Below are positions 26,316 to 40,200 of a stretch of DNA of 64,000 nucleotides, one piece after another. The notes beneath the pieces were generated by a model. It had not been told where the DNA came from. It saw only the letters and a list, made by a program, of their open reading frames with translations, and searched no databases. Made by a program: the position numbers and the translations under genes. Location: assembly GCF_030684315.1 (NCBI RefSeq), contig NC_081400.1:8437464-8501463 (forward strand), read 5' to 3'. This stretch comes from Stegostoma tigrinum (taxonomy: Eukaryota). The first letter of the stretch is position 1, and each line of letters opens with the position of its first letter.

Positions 26316-27849
26316 ATTTACCTTCACACCAGTTGCAGTTCCCATTAAATCATTTTGTCGATCTTGCTTGTTTTCAATTGCAAAAGTGTCTTATTCATTT
26401 TCAGTGCATAGTCACTCCATGAAAGAATAAGAACTATTTAAATCTATCCATAATCTCCCTCCATTAGAAAATGGACGTGGATCTCAGAACCTAATGTGAG
26501 CATTGTCATAATTGTCGATTGTAGTGTGAATGAATATCCTCAATTCCTTACACGAATGATTTTCATTCTCCAGATAAATTTCTCTTTTCCTTTCTTTTAT
26601 CCATTTCCTTACACACGCTGAAAGCATCAAATCATGAGAGCTAGATCTTTTGATGTTAAATTTTAAATTTAGCCTTCACCTTTCACGTGTCTGACATGTC
26701 AGTTGGTTGCAAAAAGAATGGCTTCAGCATTCACCTTAATGTTGTGCTTGAACACTGTTTCTTTTGCAGTGCCTGAAGTCAAAAAGTTTGCTCTCCATGT
26801 AATCCTTCCACCTGCCTGCCAAATCTGACTTCATATTTTTTAAAGTTACCTTGGAAGGAAATCTTCCCTTCATTTTAATAGCTCTGCCAGATCTGTCTTC
26901 CACCAATAATGCTCAATGATTTGGATGTTAGTCATTGTTACTTCCATATGCAATGATACAATCGACTCTCCCACTTACAGTAATAACGCTAATTTAATTT
27001 CTTATTCTCCTGACGCAAATTCGCAACCTACTGTCCATCATCACTGATATACATTGAATGTTCACATTCAGTCACAGCTCTGATACTTCTGACAGCCCTC
27101 TTATCTAATAAGGCATACATCTCCCCTTGTTCCTTTCCTTTCCTTGCACCATACATTGATATTCATTATTTAAGCTTATTTTTAACACTTAGCCACATAT
27201 TATAAGAATGTTTTCTTATTCCGGATGTCACACTATGCACAGGATGCTTCACCTTACCCGAATTTCTGGAATTTTTTTTTTACATTTGTGTTTGCTTTTA
27301 TGATTTTTTGGATATTTATTTGACTGAGCATGTGCAATTCTCAGTAACTGCAAATTAGGTTCAGAATTTATCGTTCATTTATTTTTCTAAGTTTTCATGG
27401 ATAAAAATATGCGTATTTAAAGCTGTAGTTGATGGATACATTGGTCAAGTCTGACTTAGACAAGGCACTTAATTTGCCATCATGGTAACTGCAAAATAAT
27501 ATTTGACCCGTGGAGCAGATGACTAGAGAGATGGGCATTGTTCCAGCTTCAGAGAAAACAACTTACAAATATTACACTAATCCTTACCTATTCATCGTCT
27601 TTCTATGGTTGGGAACAAAATGCTGAAGCAGGGAAAAGCAGATCTCTTTCCAGGTTCTTTATCGACCGCAACCCTGTGATGACAAGTTCAGCGCAGAAAA
27701 ACAAGTTTCACTTGCTCATGATCCCTATGATCAGCTCTGTCCCGATCAGGAAGTAATTATTAATTAGAAGTTTTCTGTTGCATTTTCCATGCCACTCTGG
27801 GCTCCATCTTCACATTTCATAATAATGAATATCCTCTGTTAATATTCTG

Positions 27850-28720
27850 GTCGTACAGACATCGAGTTGTACACCATGATAAAAGACCCTACAATCCAGC
27901 TGTCCGTGCAGACCAGGTGTCAGAAATGAATCCAATCCCATTTGCTAGCATTTGGTCCACATCCCTCCGAACTAGTCCCATCCATGTAGCCATCCATATA
28001 CTTATTAATTACTTCAATTGTACCAGCTTCCACCACTTCTTCTAACACCTCATTCCATGTGTGGGAAGGCGGTGCCTAGTGGTATTGTCATTGGTCAATC
28101 AATCCTGGGACCTGAATTCCAGGTTCTGCATTTGAAGCCCACCACAGCTGACGGTAGAATTTGAAATTCAATAAAAATGTATGGAATTAAAAGCCTCATG
28201 ATGACAATGAGCCGATTGTCAGGGGAAAAGCCCACGCACTAATGCCCTTTAGGAAAGGAAACCTCTGTCATTATCTCATCTGACCCACATGTGGCAGCAA
28301 TATGGTTGACTCTGAACTGCCCTCTGGGCAATTAGGGATGGGAAATGATTGCTGCCCCGCCAGCAAAACCCTTGTCCCAGTAAGGAATAATAAAAGCAAA
28401 ACGAGCAGCATCTGTGAGAAAACATTCCCCCTCAGTCCCTTTTATACTTTCCTGTTTCTACCATAAACCTATGCCCTCTTATTTTTGTTCACCCTCTGCA
28501 GGGGTCAAATACCTTGACTATTCACCATATCTATGCCCGTCATGAATATATTTAAAAAATTATAAGGTCACTCCTCAACCTCTAACATGCGAGTGGAAGT
28601 AACGCCAGTCTATATAGTGTCTCCCTACAACTCAAACTCTTGAACTCTGACAAGATCTTTGAGAATATTTTCTGCGCAATATCACGTTGAATGACATCGT
28701 TCCTGCGGCAGTGAGACAAG
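27850..28720 (-). mobile_element. CR1 3' end relic interrupted by a plus-strand SINE (28062-28395)
   Basis: CR1-like 3' sequence flanks a SINE with head ggcggtgcctagtggtattgtc and A-rich tail gaataataaaa. Confidence 0.6.
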
Positions 28721-29829
28721 ATGTGTTCGCAGCACATCTGGTTCCTGAGACATTGACATGGACTGGAGACGAGGGTGCTGGACCACAGGCCGGTATTGCT
28801 AGAAAAAAATCCATAATCAGGTTCTGGAACAGTGAAACAGAGAAAACTAATTAGAATTTTAAGGAGTCACTTGAAGGAGGAATGCAGAAGCCATTTAAGA
28901 ATCGTAACACTGGAGGGCAGCAGATATAATGGGCAGGGAACATGATTGCGCTGAAGGCCATAATACTGCTGCTGAATTTATAGTTTTGTCACGAATAGTT
29001 CTGTTCACCAGACCACAGTACCAAAAAGATATAGGAGCAGAATGTGGGGACTCAGCTCATCAAATCTGCACGATCTTTTGATCATGTTTCTCAAACCCAT
29101 TCTCCTGCATTTTCCCGATAAACCTTGACCCCATCACCAACATCTCTGTCTTAAGTGTGCTCAATAATTTAGCCTCTACAGGACTCGAGTGGAAATATTA
29201 CTGCTTGCCGTTTTATTTCCCGAGAGGAGGTCAAATCATTTCCTGACGAAGACAGTATAATTGCGATTCTTGGGCCTGAGTGATTTTTCTTTCTGGAAAT
29301 TTATGTCAAATGTACAGTGTTTTGCGCCACATACTGACCCATTGAGGAAGTGCAGGAAATGAGAGTAAACGCATCAATGTATGAAAGCATTTGACAGCCT
29401 GGAAACTGTGTTGAGCATCGCTCTGGCTTGACCAACACCCAATCACATGCACCTGTTCAGGGTGATTATTAATGCAAGTCAGTGAGTGTACAGAAACAAC
29501 ATATTCGGTATTGTTCCATCAGCGTGAAGAGAAATGATGAAGCGTTGAGAGCTTGAGTTTGGAATTGACGTCGCTACATTTCAACAATCATTTCTGAGAG
29601 GAAGGTGTCTACTAATCTGAAACCCTTGACAGTTCTTTTATTTTTCTTTTTATTCAGTAGATTAAAGGAGAAAAATACCAAATGATTTTAATAGAGTCTA
29701 TTATTCCATAGATTCACTTTGCAAATTAGACATTTGGCAAAATTGGAGACTGTAATCCCCAATGTGTTTCATAAACAGTGCTGGAGAAGAATGGAGGTGA
29801 ATGTTTGCATGCTAGAGTCAATATATTTC

Positions 29830-30170
29830 ACAAGTAATGACGCTGGGAAGTTGTTTCTGTTTGGCGGGAAGACTCAGACCCGTGGCACAGCCTTTGAACT
29901 GGAGGGGGTAAATTTAAAACGGAAATGAGGAGACATTTCTTCAGCCATAGTGGGAGGCCTGTGGAATTCATTGCCACAGAGCGCAGTGAGGCCGGGACGT
30001 TCAATGTCTTCAAAGCAGAGATTAATAAATTCTACATCTCAGAAGGAATCAAGGGCTATGGGGAGAGTGCAGGGAAGTGGAGTTGAAATGTCTATCAGAC
30101 ATGATTAAATGGCAGAGTGGACTCGAAGGGCCGAATGGCCTTACTTCCACTCCTATGTCTTATGGTCTTA
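29830..30170 (+). mobile_element. CR1 3' end (5'-truncated)
   Basis: Similar to the reverse complement of 5885-6200. Ends cctatgtcttatggtctta. Confidence 0.8.
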
Positions 30171-30254
30171 ATGTAGAACACTACCAGCGTGAGATTAAAC
30201 ACTTTGAAACTGGAGCTGTCTTTATACATTGGTAAATCTTTTCTTAAGGCGGGT

Positions 30255-30940
30255 GTGTGATGACACTTTGCCTTTATAGATTTGTTTCTATCCTGCTTCT
30301 CTTGTAGAGCGGTGTTGTCACAGTGGTATCAACATGTCTCATTCATACATGCAGTTGGTTAACATCTTTGAGTTCTCCCTGTGTGGTTTTTTTAAAAATT
30401 GTTATGAAATTTAAGATAAAACAATCACAAAAAGTTGGAGTCAGGATCAGAGAGTCGGAAAAGGACTTTAGCTTTGCTTTCCGTTGTTCGAGTAGATTTT
30501 TGCTGGCTGCAGGAGCTAAAAGCTTCAGTTCTGTGCTGCTGGATTAACGTCTTAGACAGAGAGGTTGACTTTTAAGATTAAACAAAATGGATTTTATTTC
30601 TTAACGGTGTTAATTTCTATTGGATTGGAGGCAGACAGCACGTGGGAATAATAAGTGTTTTGCTGAATTGTGTTTGCCAACAGTGTGTTTGTGACATGCC
30701 GTCTGCCTTGGAACTGTTGTGGATTAATGGTTAAATAATTCATTATTTTACTAAGAATTTAATAGATTAAAGCAATGCCAAATCTTCCTCCCGCTGTATT
30801 TTCATTGTTTCATTGCAATAACATGTACTCTGATTAAGGTTTAGCAATCGTCCAACTGAATCTTATCTTTAACTGCACTTCATATGTGCCTGTCAAAAAA
30901 TTCAATGTTAGGGTGTTGGCTATTTCCATGATATACTTGG
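30255..30940 (+). mobile_element. Degenerate solo Gypsy LTR
   Basis: Starts tgtgatgac and shows patchy similarity to the other LTRs in the window. Confidence 0.45.
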
Positions 30941-31519
30941 GCAGATTAGTTATGGGAAGTGCAGGCTTGTTTGGATAGGTTGGGGAGTTCGATCTAAGTG
31001 TGCTGTTCTCCAAAATGGACTCGATAGGCCTAATAGAGTTCTTCCACGCTGAAAGTTACTTCTCATGAGATAATGCTAATAATTGGTTAAGTAAGAAAAT
31101 CGAAGAAAATGAAGTTAGTCAACTGATTAAGAAAATCAATTTATTGACAGATCTGGCTGCGGTGATGACATTCGGTTAATATGAATCTGCAGTGAATACT
31201 TGAATTGGACTTGGTAATTATTGCAGGCAAAGAGACATTTAAAGTTGGCCTGACACAAATTAGTTTTCAGCATTTTCTCTTCACATGTCATTGAATTAAA
31301 AACTTTGACATATGCAACATGTGCAATGTTTGTAGATTCTAGTTTGTAACATTCAAAATAGTGGTGCACACCATAAGCCAGTAATTGCAACGTTTTGTCT
31401 TTGTGAAAGAGGTGTCTTATTTTAAATTCTGCACTTGTGCGATTTTATTTGCGAAATTAAGATGAAGAATTCTGGTCTAGTTTGCTACATTTAAACTCCA
31501 ATTAATTAGCTATTTAGTT

Positions 31520-32560
31520 TGACTTGATTTATTGTTGTCAAATGTACCAAGATACAGTGATGGTACAAAGTGCATCAGACAGCAATACAGAGTGCACAAT
31601 GCAGTGTTACAGTTGCAGACAGAGGGAGCTCAACATTGACATTTGAGAATGCCAGTTAAAAGTTTGAAAAGGGAAGAAGCTATTCTTCAATCTCATCATA
31701 AGTGTATTCAAACTTTTGTATCTTCTGCTTAATGGAAGAAGGCACAACCAGGCTGAGAGGTTACTTCATTATGTTGGTGCCTTTCCCATGGCAGCAGAAA
31801 ATTTCGATGGAGTCAATCGATGCAAGGCTACATTGCATGATGGATGGGGCTGTGTACATGCCTCTGCACGTTCTTGTGGTTTTAGGAAGAGCAGTTGTCA
31901 CACCATGCTATGACATATCCAGACAATATGCTTTCTCTGGTGCAAATGGAAACATTAATAAGAGTCTTTGTGAACATGTCAAATTTCTTTAGCTTGCAGA
32001 GGAATTAGAAGCGTTGTTCTGCTTCTTTGACAGCCACTTTCACATGGATGGGCCACAACAGACAGTTGATGATCATCATTCACAGGGTCTTGACACTCTG
32101 TATGACCTCTACTTCAGCATCATTGATGCAGACACGGGACGTGCACTCCAGTCCGCTTCCTGAAGTCGATGACCAGAGCCTTCATTTTGCTGATGTTGAT
32201 GGAAAGATTGTGGTCCTTGAACGATGCTGCTCAGCTCTCAGTCTCTTTTCTGTACTCTGTCTCTTTATTGTTGAAGATCCAACCCACAATGCTGATGCCA
32301 TCATCCCATCCCAATGGAGTTGTGGTGGAAATTGACTTCACGGCCGGGAGTGCATTAGGAGTACAGTAGAGACATGAGTATGAGGCCTGTGGGGCTCTGG
32401 TGTTGATGTTTATTGTGGAGAATGAGTTTGCAACTATTCTCACTGATCAGGACTTTGTTGATCCATTTACAGAGAGGGAAGCTGAGACCTAGGTCTTGAG
32501 GTTTTGAGGTATATTTGTTTGGAATTATGTTGTTGTTGAAGGCATAGCTATCGTCCTCCC
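31520..32560 (-). mobile_element. Rex1/Babar-like LINE 3' RT relic
   Basis: ORF 32231-32443 (ININTRAPQ) is a decayed form of the Rex1-type TGAPQG RT motif. Truncated by the adjacent Penelope insertion. Confidence 0.6.
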
Positions 32561-34630
32561 ACCCACAGCCTCCAACCTCATTATTCCCCAACCCCGCATG
32601 GCCTGTTTCTATCTCCTTCCCAAAATCCACAAACCTGCCTGCCCTGGGCGACCCATCATTTCAGCCTGTTCCTGCCCCACCGAACTCATCTCCACCTATT
32701 TGGACTCCATTTTCTATCCTTTGGTCCAGGAACTCCCTACCTCCGTCCATGGCACCACCCATGCCCTCCACCTTCTCCAGGACTTCCAATTCCCTGGCCC
32801 CCAACACCTCATTTTCACGATGGACTTCCAGTCTCTATATACCTATATTCTTCATGCAGATGGCCTCAAGGCCCTCTGCTTCTTCCTGTCCCACAGGCCC
32901 GACCAATCTCCCTCTACCACCACCCTCATCCACCTAGCCAAACACGTCCTCACACCAAACAACTTCTCTTTCGATTCCTCCCACTTCCTACAGACAAAAA
33001 GTGTGGCCGTGGGTACCCGCATGGGCCCCAGCTATGCCTGCCTCTCAGTAGGTTACGAGGAACAGCCCCTGTTCCGCACCTACACAGGCCCCAAACCCCA
33101 CCTCTTCCTCCATTACATTAATGACTGTATTGGTGCCGCCTCTTGCCCCCCAGAGGAGGTCGAACAGTTCATCCTCTTCACCAACACCTTCCACCCCAAC
33201 CTCAGGTTCACCTGGACCATCTCCAACACATCCCTCACCTTCCTGGGCCTCTCAGCCTCCATCTCAGGTAACCAGCTAGAAACTGATGTCCATTTCAAAC
33301 ACACTGACTCCCACAGCTACCTAGAATACACCTCCTCCCACCCACCCTCCTGCAAAAATTCCATCCCCTATTCCCAATTCCTCCGCCTCCGCCGCATCAG
33401 CTCCCACGATATGGCATTCCACTCCTCCCGCACATCCCAGATGTCCACGTTCTTCCAGGACCGCAACTTTCCCCCCACAGTGGTCGAGAACGCAATTGAC
33501 CACGTCTCCCGCATTTCCCGCAAAATATCACTCACACCCCGCTCCCGCCACAACCGCCCAAAGAGGATCCCCCTCATTCTCACATGCCACCCCACCAACC
33601 TCCGGATACAACGCATCATCCTCCGACACTTCCGCTATCTACAAACTGACCCCACCACCCAAGACATTTTTCCATCCCCACCCTTGTCTGTCTTCCGGAA
33701 AGACCACTTTTCCGTGGCTCCCTTGTCCGATCCACACTCCTCTCCAACCTCACCACACCTGGCACCTTCCCCCGCAACCACAAGAAGTGCTACCCTTGCC
33801 CCCACACCTATTCCCTCACCCCTATCCCAGGCCTCAAGATGATTTTCCATATCAAACAGATGTTGACCTGCACATCTGCCAATGTGGTACATTGTATCCA
33901 TTTTAACCGGTGTGGCTTCCTCTACTTTGGGGAAACCAAGCGGAGGCTTGGTGACCGCTTTGCAGAACACCTCTACTCGGTTCACAACAAACAACTGCAC
34001 CTCCCAGTCGCAAACCATTTTAACTCCCCCTCCCATTCCTCAGATGACATGTCCATCATGGGCCTCCTGCAGTGCCACAATGATGCCACTCGTAGGTTGC
34101 AGGAACAGCAACTCATATTCCGCTTGGGAACCCTGCAGCCCAATGGTATCAATGTGGACCTCATAAGCTTCAAACTCTCCCCTTTCCCCACTGCATCCCA
34201 AAACCAGCCCAGTTCTTCCCCTCCCCCCGCCGCGTCACACAACGAGTCCAGCTCGACCCCTCCCCCCACTGCATCCCAAAATCAGCCCAGCCTGTCTCCG
34301 CTTCCCTAACTTGTTCTACCTCTCACCCATCCCTTCCTCCCACCTCAAGCTGCACCTCCATTTCCTACATATCACTTCATCCCGCCTCCTTGCCCTGCCC
34401 GTCTTCCCTGGACTGACCTATCCCCTCCCTACCTCCTCACCTATACTCTCCTCTCTACCTATCTTTTTTTCTCTACATCTTCCGTCCGCCTCTCCCTCTC
34501 TCCCTATTTATTCCAGTTCCCTCTCCCCATCCCCCTCTGTGATGAAGGGTCTAGGCCTGAAACGTCAGCTTTTGTGCTCCTGAGATGCTGCTTGGCCTGC
34601 TGTGTTCATCCAGTTCCACACTTTGTTATG
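32560..34630 (+). mobile_element. Penelope-like element: RT (ORF 32598-33842), GIY-YIG (ORF 33839-34309) and pLTR; frameshifted
   Basis: FYLLPKIHK, GRPIISAC, MDFQSLYT, GTRMGPSYAC, YIND (catalytic YIDD altered), LYFGETKRRLGDRFAEH. The pLTR hammerhead at about 34538-34568 has a mutated core (GTGATGA). Confidence 0.95.
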
Positions 34631-34779
34631 TTATATACAAATATTGCTTTTTCGTAATTAGCCAGCGCAACACATACATATTACATTAACTCTAATTATG
34701 CAGTCACTACGACAGTCTATTTCAGTCTGTCTTTTCCCCACCACTGAACACTTCTATCTTGCTTCGGCAAAATCACGAA

Positions 34780-35530
34780 ATTGCCTCAGCAATTAAGCCT
34801 GGATATATTTAAACAGATCCACACCAAGCTTCTGGTTAAGATGGTTTCATCTTTGTTACTGACGTCATCACTGCTGCAACTTTTTACATTAACGTCTGCC
34901 ATTTCAAGCCAACTGCCACTTTCAAGTCCCAACTTCTGAAATTCAGAATTTCTCTGTCTCTCTCTCTCTCTCTAGCTCTTTCTTCTGCTTTTAATCATAA
35001 CTCAAACCTTTCATTTCCTTTTCAGTTTCAAGCTTTTTAAAGATTTTGTTCTTCGTTCTGCTGCATCTTTTCATCCCTCTGCTTTGACTTCTGCCTCCCC
35101 TTTCATTCTTCCTCTTTCCATTGCCATTGCCATCTCAATCAAACTGCTTCATTTGCAGTAGGATTTTAGCTCTTTCCAAGTATTCGGAATGCATTTCTTG
35201 CAAAATAAGTATTAGGCTATCACTGCAATTTCCTCCCTTGTCCTCACAACAAAGGCAACCCCTACCTCTGCTCATCTAACAATTCCACAAGCTCTGTCTT
35301 CTTCATGTTCTGTCAGCCACTCCGAGTGATTGCTCTCACACCCAGGAAACTCTTAAGCTCTCATGAAGCCATTGTGACACAACGCACTCCCTGTTTAAAT
35401 GAATCAAATGCTACATTTAAAACAGAATATGAATCGTCTCCAATCACTGTTTTTCAGTCCAATAATTCTAAACCCAAGACCAATTTAAAGATCTTGATCT
35501 CAGACGAGACTCAATTTTGTTATGAATCAG
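34780..35530 (-). mobile_element. Gypsy gag N-terminal relic
   Basis: Reverse-strand similarity to the gag relics at 22400-23100 and 53400-53900 (e.g. atatttaaacagatcc), with an LTR end (taaca) near 35520. Confidence 0.5.
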
Positions 35531-36204
35531 ACTGGCCTCCTAGTTCCCACCATATAGTAAGTAAATAGCCTAAACACGAACTTGCTATTTATGTAAAGGT
35601 GATGTGAGATTTTTTTTGTCAGATGCAATCTGATGTGGTCCACCACTAGGCTTCTAGAAAAAGATACTAAATTGTTACAACACAATTCAAACACAAATGA
35701 AAAGACTACTGAATACTTAAGAAGATAATATATGAATTAACTACGAATGAGCAACTGTTCCAGACTTTCAGACTATTTTCCCCAGAGGACACATGTCAAT
35801 TACAACATCACTTAGGTTTAAGGTAAAAGGGGATCAGTTTAAATGAAATGTGAGAGGCTTTTTCTTTCGACAGAGGTTGAAAAGTACCTGGAACGCGCGA
35901 GCAGTGGATGTTGTGGAGGATCAAAGTTTGAGGGTCATCTTGGCAGATAAATGGACAGGTAGGGAACAGAGATACAGGCTGAGTAGAAGCCAAAGATTTT
36001 TTTGTTTAGAAAGGCATCCCGTATTGGCAGGACCTTGTTCGAGTGAAGGCCTGTCCCTGTATTGCACTGTTGGTTCTTTACACCAGGTCAAGTGCCCATA
36101 AAAGCAGCGACACACACGTAATAATGGTGGTAAGTGGAGTGGTGACATTTATGTTACGGAAGGTGGCATATAGATTTTCTTATGTCATTATACTATTTTA
36201 TAAG

Positions 36205-36465
36205 ATTAGATTCCCTACAGCGTGGAAACAGGCCCTTTGGCCCAACAAGTCCACACGGCAACTTGAAGCATCCCACCCAGACCCATCCCCCTATAACCCA
36301 CACACCCCTGAACACGACAGGCATCTTTGAACTTGGGGAGGAAACCCATGCAGGCATGGGGAGAATGTGCAAACTCCACACAGGCAGTCGCCCTAGGTTG
36401 GAATCAAACCCGGGTCACTGACACCGTGAGGCTGCAGTGCTAACCACTGAGCCACCGTGCCACCC
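36205..36465 (-). mobile_element. HE1/V-SINE-like SINE
   Basis: Minus-strand head gggtggcacggtggctcagtggttagcactgcagcctcacgg and tail ctgtagggaatctaatct. Confidence 0.85.
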
Positions 36466-37384
36466 TAATGCTGATCAGATTACACTTGAAGCCTGTGGTC
36501 TTCAAGCAGCTGATGGACTGTGGACATTCCAAGGAATGCTCGTATTAGACTCAAAAAGGTAGCACTGCTTCTCTATCCACAGGCACTGCTGGACATATTG
36601 AGTTTCGGCGTGACCAAAAATAAAGCAAATCATTTGATTGACATGGAATACAACAGAGTAAACTCATTCTCTGCCTCTCTGACCATGATAGTGAGAGCAG
36701 TGTGTCGACTGCATGCAGATATAAATTTTACAAAGATTATTTGTAAGTAACATTCAAAACTGTAATTAGTAATGGTTAGCAATGTAAAGTTGGCCGTCTC
36801 CAGACAGCAGAATAAACTAAATGTTCTATTCTAATTTTCTGGTAATTTCTGGTCTTGAGATGTATTGTTATTCTTCCAATATTTCAACATTCAACACACT
36901 GCAACAGACCCTGTAATCTAACTTTGATGGTGCAAAATACTACATATATCCATATGAAACTTTGCATCAACTCAAACAAAGTAAACATTTTGAATTCTGA
37001 CACATTATTGGTCTTATCAACAGTGTATGTATACTTAAAAGGATAATAACAAGAAATAAAACTGTCCTCAGTAACAGGTGAATCTTTACAACTTTGATCA
37101 TTTCCATGTTGGAATGGTAATTCATTAATGACAGTTGGATATCACATTGGTGAAGCACAGTGAAATCTTCAATTGGTGGAACAGATCCGTGTTCCAGGTT
37201 TCATTGTGTTACCTCCTCACATGAATTAAACATCCACTTCTACACAAATGGGTCATAAAATACATGGAGACAACACAAATTTAGGAATACATTTCTTTGC
37301 AAAGTACTGAAGCACACTTCTTAGGTGACTTCCCATTCAGAGAAAACATGCCACATGTTCTTCAAGTCATGAATGCCCCGTTCA

Positions 37385-37429
37385 TCAAAGTATTGGATCT
37401 TCGTTAAACTTCAAGGGAGCATAAAAAGT
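37385..37429 (-). CDS. VJ-C1 receptor exon 6: cytoplasmic terminus TFYAPLKFNEDPIL* with ITIM/ITSM-like motif
   Basis: Acceptor tttctgatttattatccag|ACT is phase 0, matching exon 5. The join gives QE|TFYAPLKF, resembling inhibitory-receptor tails. No transcript evidence. Confidence 0.7.
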   Translation of the reverse strand, partial: TFYAPLKFNEDPIL

Positions 37430-37519
37430 CTGGATAATAAATCAGAAACTATTATCAGAGAAACTTGGGAGCAGGGAACAGTAATTCAACATTTGTTTAT
37501 CAACTTCAGTTGAGTGTTA

Positions 37520-40200
37520 TAGAGTCATAGAGTTATACACTGCAGAAAAGGCACTTCGGCCCAATGGATCTATACCAGCATAACTACTGCTGATTACACT
37601 TTCTTGCGTTTCTCTCATATTGCCGAATTTCCTCCAATTTTGTAAGGATTGCAATGTTTACAGTCTCCACTATATCCCCAGGAAGTGCATTCCCGATTCC
37701 CACTGCCTTCTGCCTGAAAATGTTTTGCTTTATTTTTCTGCAACGCCCCACGAATTATCGTGACCCTCTCATGAATGACAATCTCAATCACGGACATTTC
37801 TGCTCTCTATTCTGCCTGCGCACACCCTTCATAAACTTATACACCTCAGTCATATACCCTCTCGGTCTGCTAGACTCTTCAGAACACAATTCAAGCCTGT
37901 CTAATTTCATCCCACAGATCAATTTCTCCAACCCAGGCAACATACCAGTGACCCCCTATGTACCCCATCGAATGATATCACATCCTTCCTGTAGTGAGCT
38001 GACCAGAACTGCACATAATACTCCAAATGTAATCGAAGTAACGCTTTGCAGAAGTCCAACATTAACTCCTTGATCTTATATGCACCATAAATCATGAACA
38101 TAAGCGTCCCATATGCCTCCTTAACGGTCTTATTCACGTACTCTGCGTACAGCAGGGATCTGTGAGTCATTAACGCAAGATACTTGGCTTCTGCTAAGCT
38201 ACACAATGTCCTGCCGTTAACTAAATATTCCCTCAACTTGTTACTTCTTGAAAAGTATATCAACCCAAACTTATCAGAGTTAAATATTATTTGCCAAACC
38301 TGTGTCCCGATGAATGAACTATCTATACCCTCTTGCAACCGTCAATCATTTTCTTCAATATTAACCACATTACCAATTTTGGTGTTGGCTGCAAACTTAT
38401 TAAAGATCTCCCCCTAAACCCCACCACACATACGCACACTACATTTTCATCTATATCATGTCTGTACAAACAATAAGGTTTATAATAAGGTTTATAATCC
38501 TCGCATTCCACCACTGGACACCGGCCTCCCATAATTCGAACTGTTTTCTAGCACAAGCCCAGTTTGCGCTCCATCTCGCCAAGTTTCCCTGTATTCTGTG
38601 TGTTTTAATCTTATCAATTATTCTCCCATGTTAGACTTTCCCAAAACCTTTGCAAAGATCCATATAAAACACAACTACTGATCGTCCCCCATCTGCACTC
38701 TTGATTATATTTTCTGAAAGATTCTAACAAATTTAATTGGCATGACCACCCTCTGAAAAAGACATACTGACTGTCTTTAAAGAACCCATGATTCTCCATA
38801 TGGGTATTAATTCTGTCTCTCAGAAAATTTTCCAAAAGTTCCCTATCACTAACATATGATTCACCACCTGTTTTCCTGGTTCATTGCTACCACGCTACAT
38901 AAAATGTGGAACCACATTAGCATCTTCCAGTCCACTGGCACGTCATCTGGAGCCAGATAGCAATTGCAAATTTGTGTAAGAGGCCTTGAAATTACCTCCC
39001 TCATCTCCCAGAGCAGCCTAGGATGAAATTCATTCAGGACTGGAGATTTGTCCGTTTTCAGCCTGACAAAGCCTCCAATACCTTCTCATTTTAACAGTTC
39101 CTCCAAACCCCCTTTCCTGAATTCTAGTATCTCCTTTTCTAGACAGCGACCGAAGAGAAGTATTTCTTCAACACTCTTCCAGTGTCCGTTGGATTCAAAC
39201 ACAGGTCGCCCCATTGGTGCCTAATGAAGCCTCCTCTTTCACTGCTTAACCTCTTCCCTTTAATATACTGAAGTAAAACACGGTTATGCAGACTTGGTCA
39301 TTTGGCCAGTGTTTGTGATTGCAGACATTTCGTCACCCTGTCAGATAAGATCAGCGTGCCTCTGGTGAAGTGTTCGTGTTCTGGCCAATTTGTTACTTAT
39401 ATGCCTCCGTTCGGCACAGCAAGCAAGTCTGCAAACTCAGCCACGACCAAAGTACAATCCTTCTCAAAAAGGCTTTAAAATTCAAAAAGCAGCATTCTCA
39501 CTAATTCTCTTCGTAAGTTCTCCTTCATGCCCCCTTTTTTGAGCTTCTAGTTGGTCTATTAAGTTCCCTCCTGCACTTTCTGTATTCCTCTAGGGCCGCA
39601 ACTGAATTTCTCCTTTTGAACTTGCTAAAAGCTCTACTCTTTTTCTTTATTCAGTCCTGAACATATTGCTCTTATATTACCCTCTACCTGGTATATGTTT
39701 GACTTGTACCCTCCCCAGCTCAGTTTTCAATACCTCCTACTGCTGTGCTGACCTACCTGAAAAGAGCTGCTCCCAGTCACTTTTGGCCAGATCCTGCTTT
39801 GCTTTAATAAAATCTGGCTTCTCCCAATCCAAAGCCATAGCTTGAGGGCTATTTCTTCCTTCTCCAGAACAAATTTGAATCATATTTTGTGACGGCCTCT
39901 ATTGCTCAAATGTACCCCCAGTCCCACAAAAAACACGTCTTACTGCTTTACCCAGAGCAGATTCAAGCAGTGTGCCATTCCTTGTACCGCATAATTCAAA
40001 AAACTCCCCTCGATAGGTTTCAAGAAATCCATTCCCTCTAAACCCTTAATGCTATGACTATCTTGGTTTATGTTGTGAAGGATGAAATCTCATCGTATAA
40101 TTTTGCAATTATTACTCTTACACGTTTCTTACTTCGTGCTGACTCTTTGGGCCCTATTATACACATCCATTAAAGTAACTGGCCCCTGAACATTTCTGAC
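37520..40200 (-). mobile_element. Decayed CR1 LINE in the last intron of the receptor gene, with a Poseidon-like pLTR remnant at about 39300-39370
   Basis: ORFs 37919-38338 (LHLEYYVQFWS) and 38614-38835. Confidence 0.8.
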
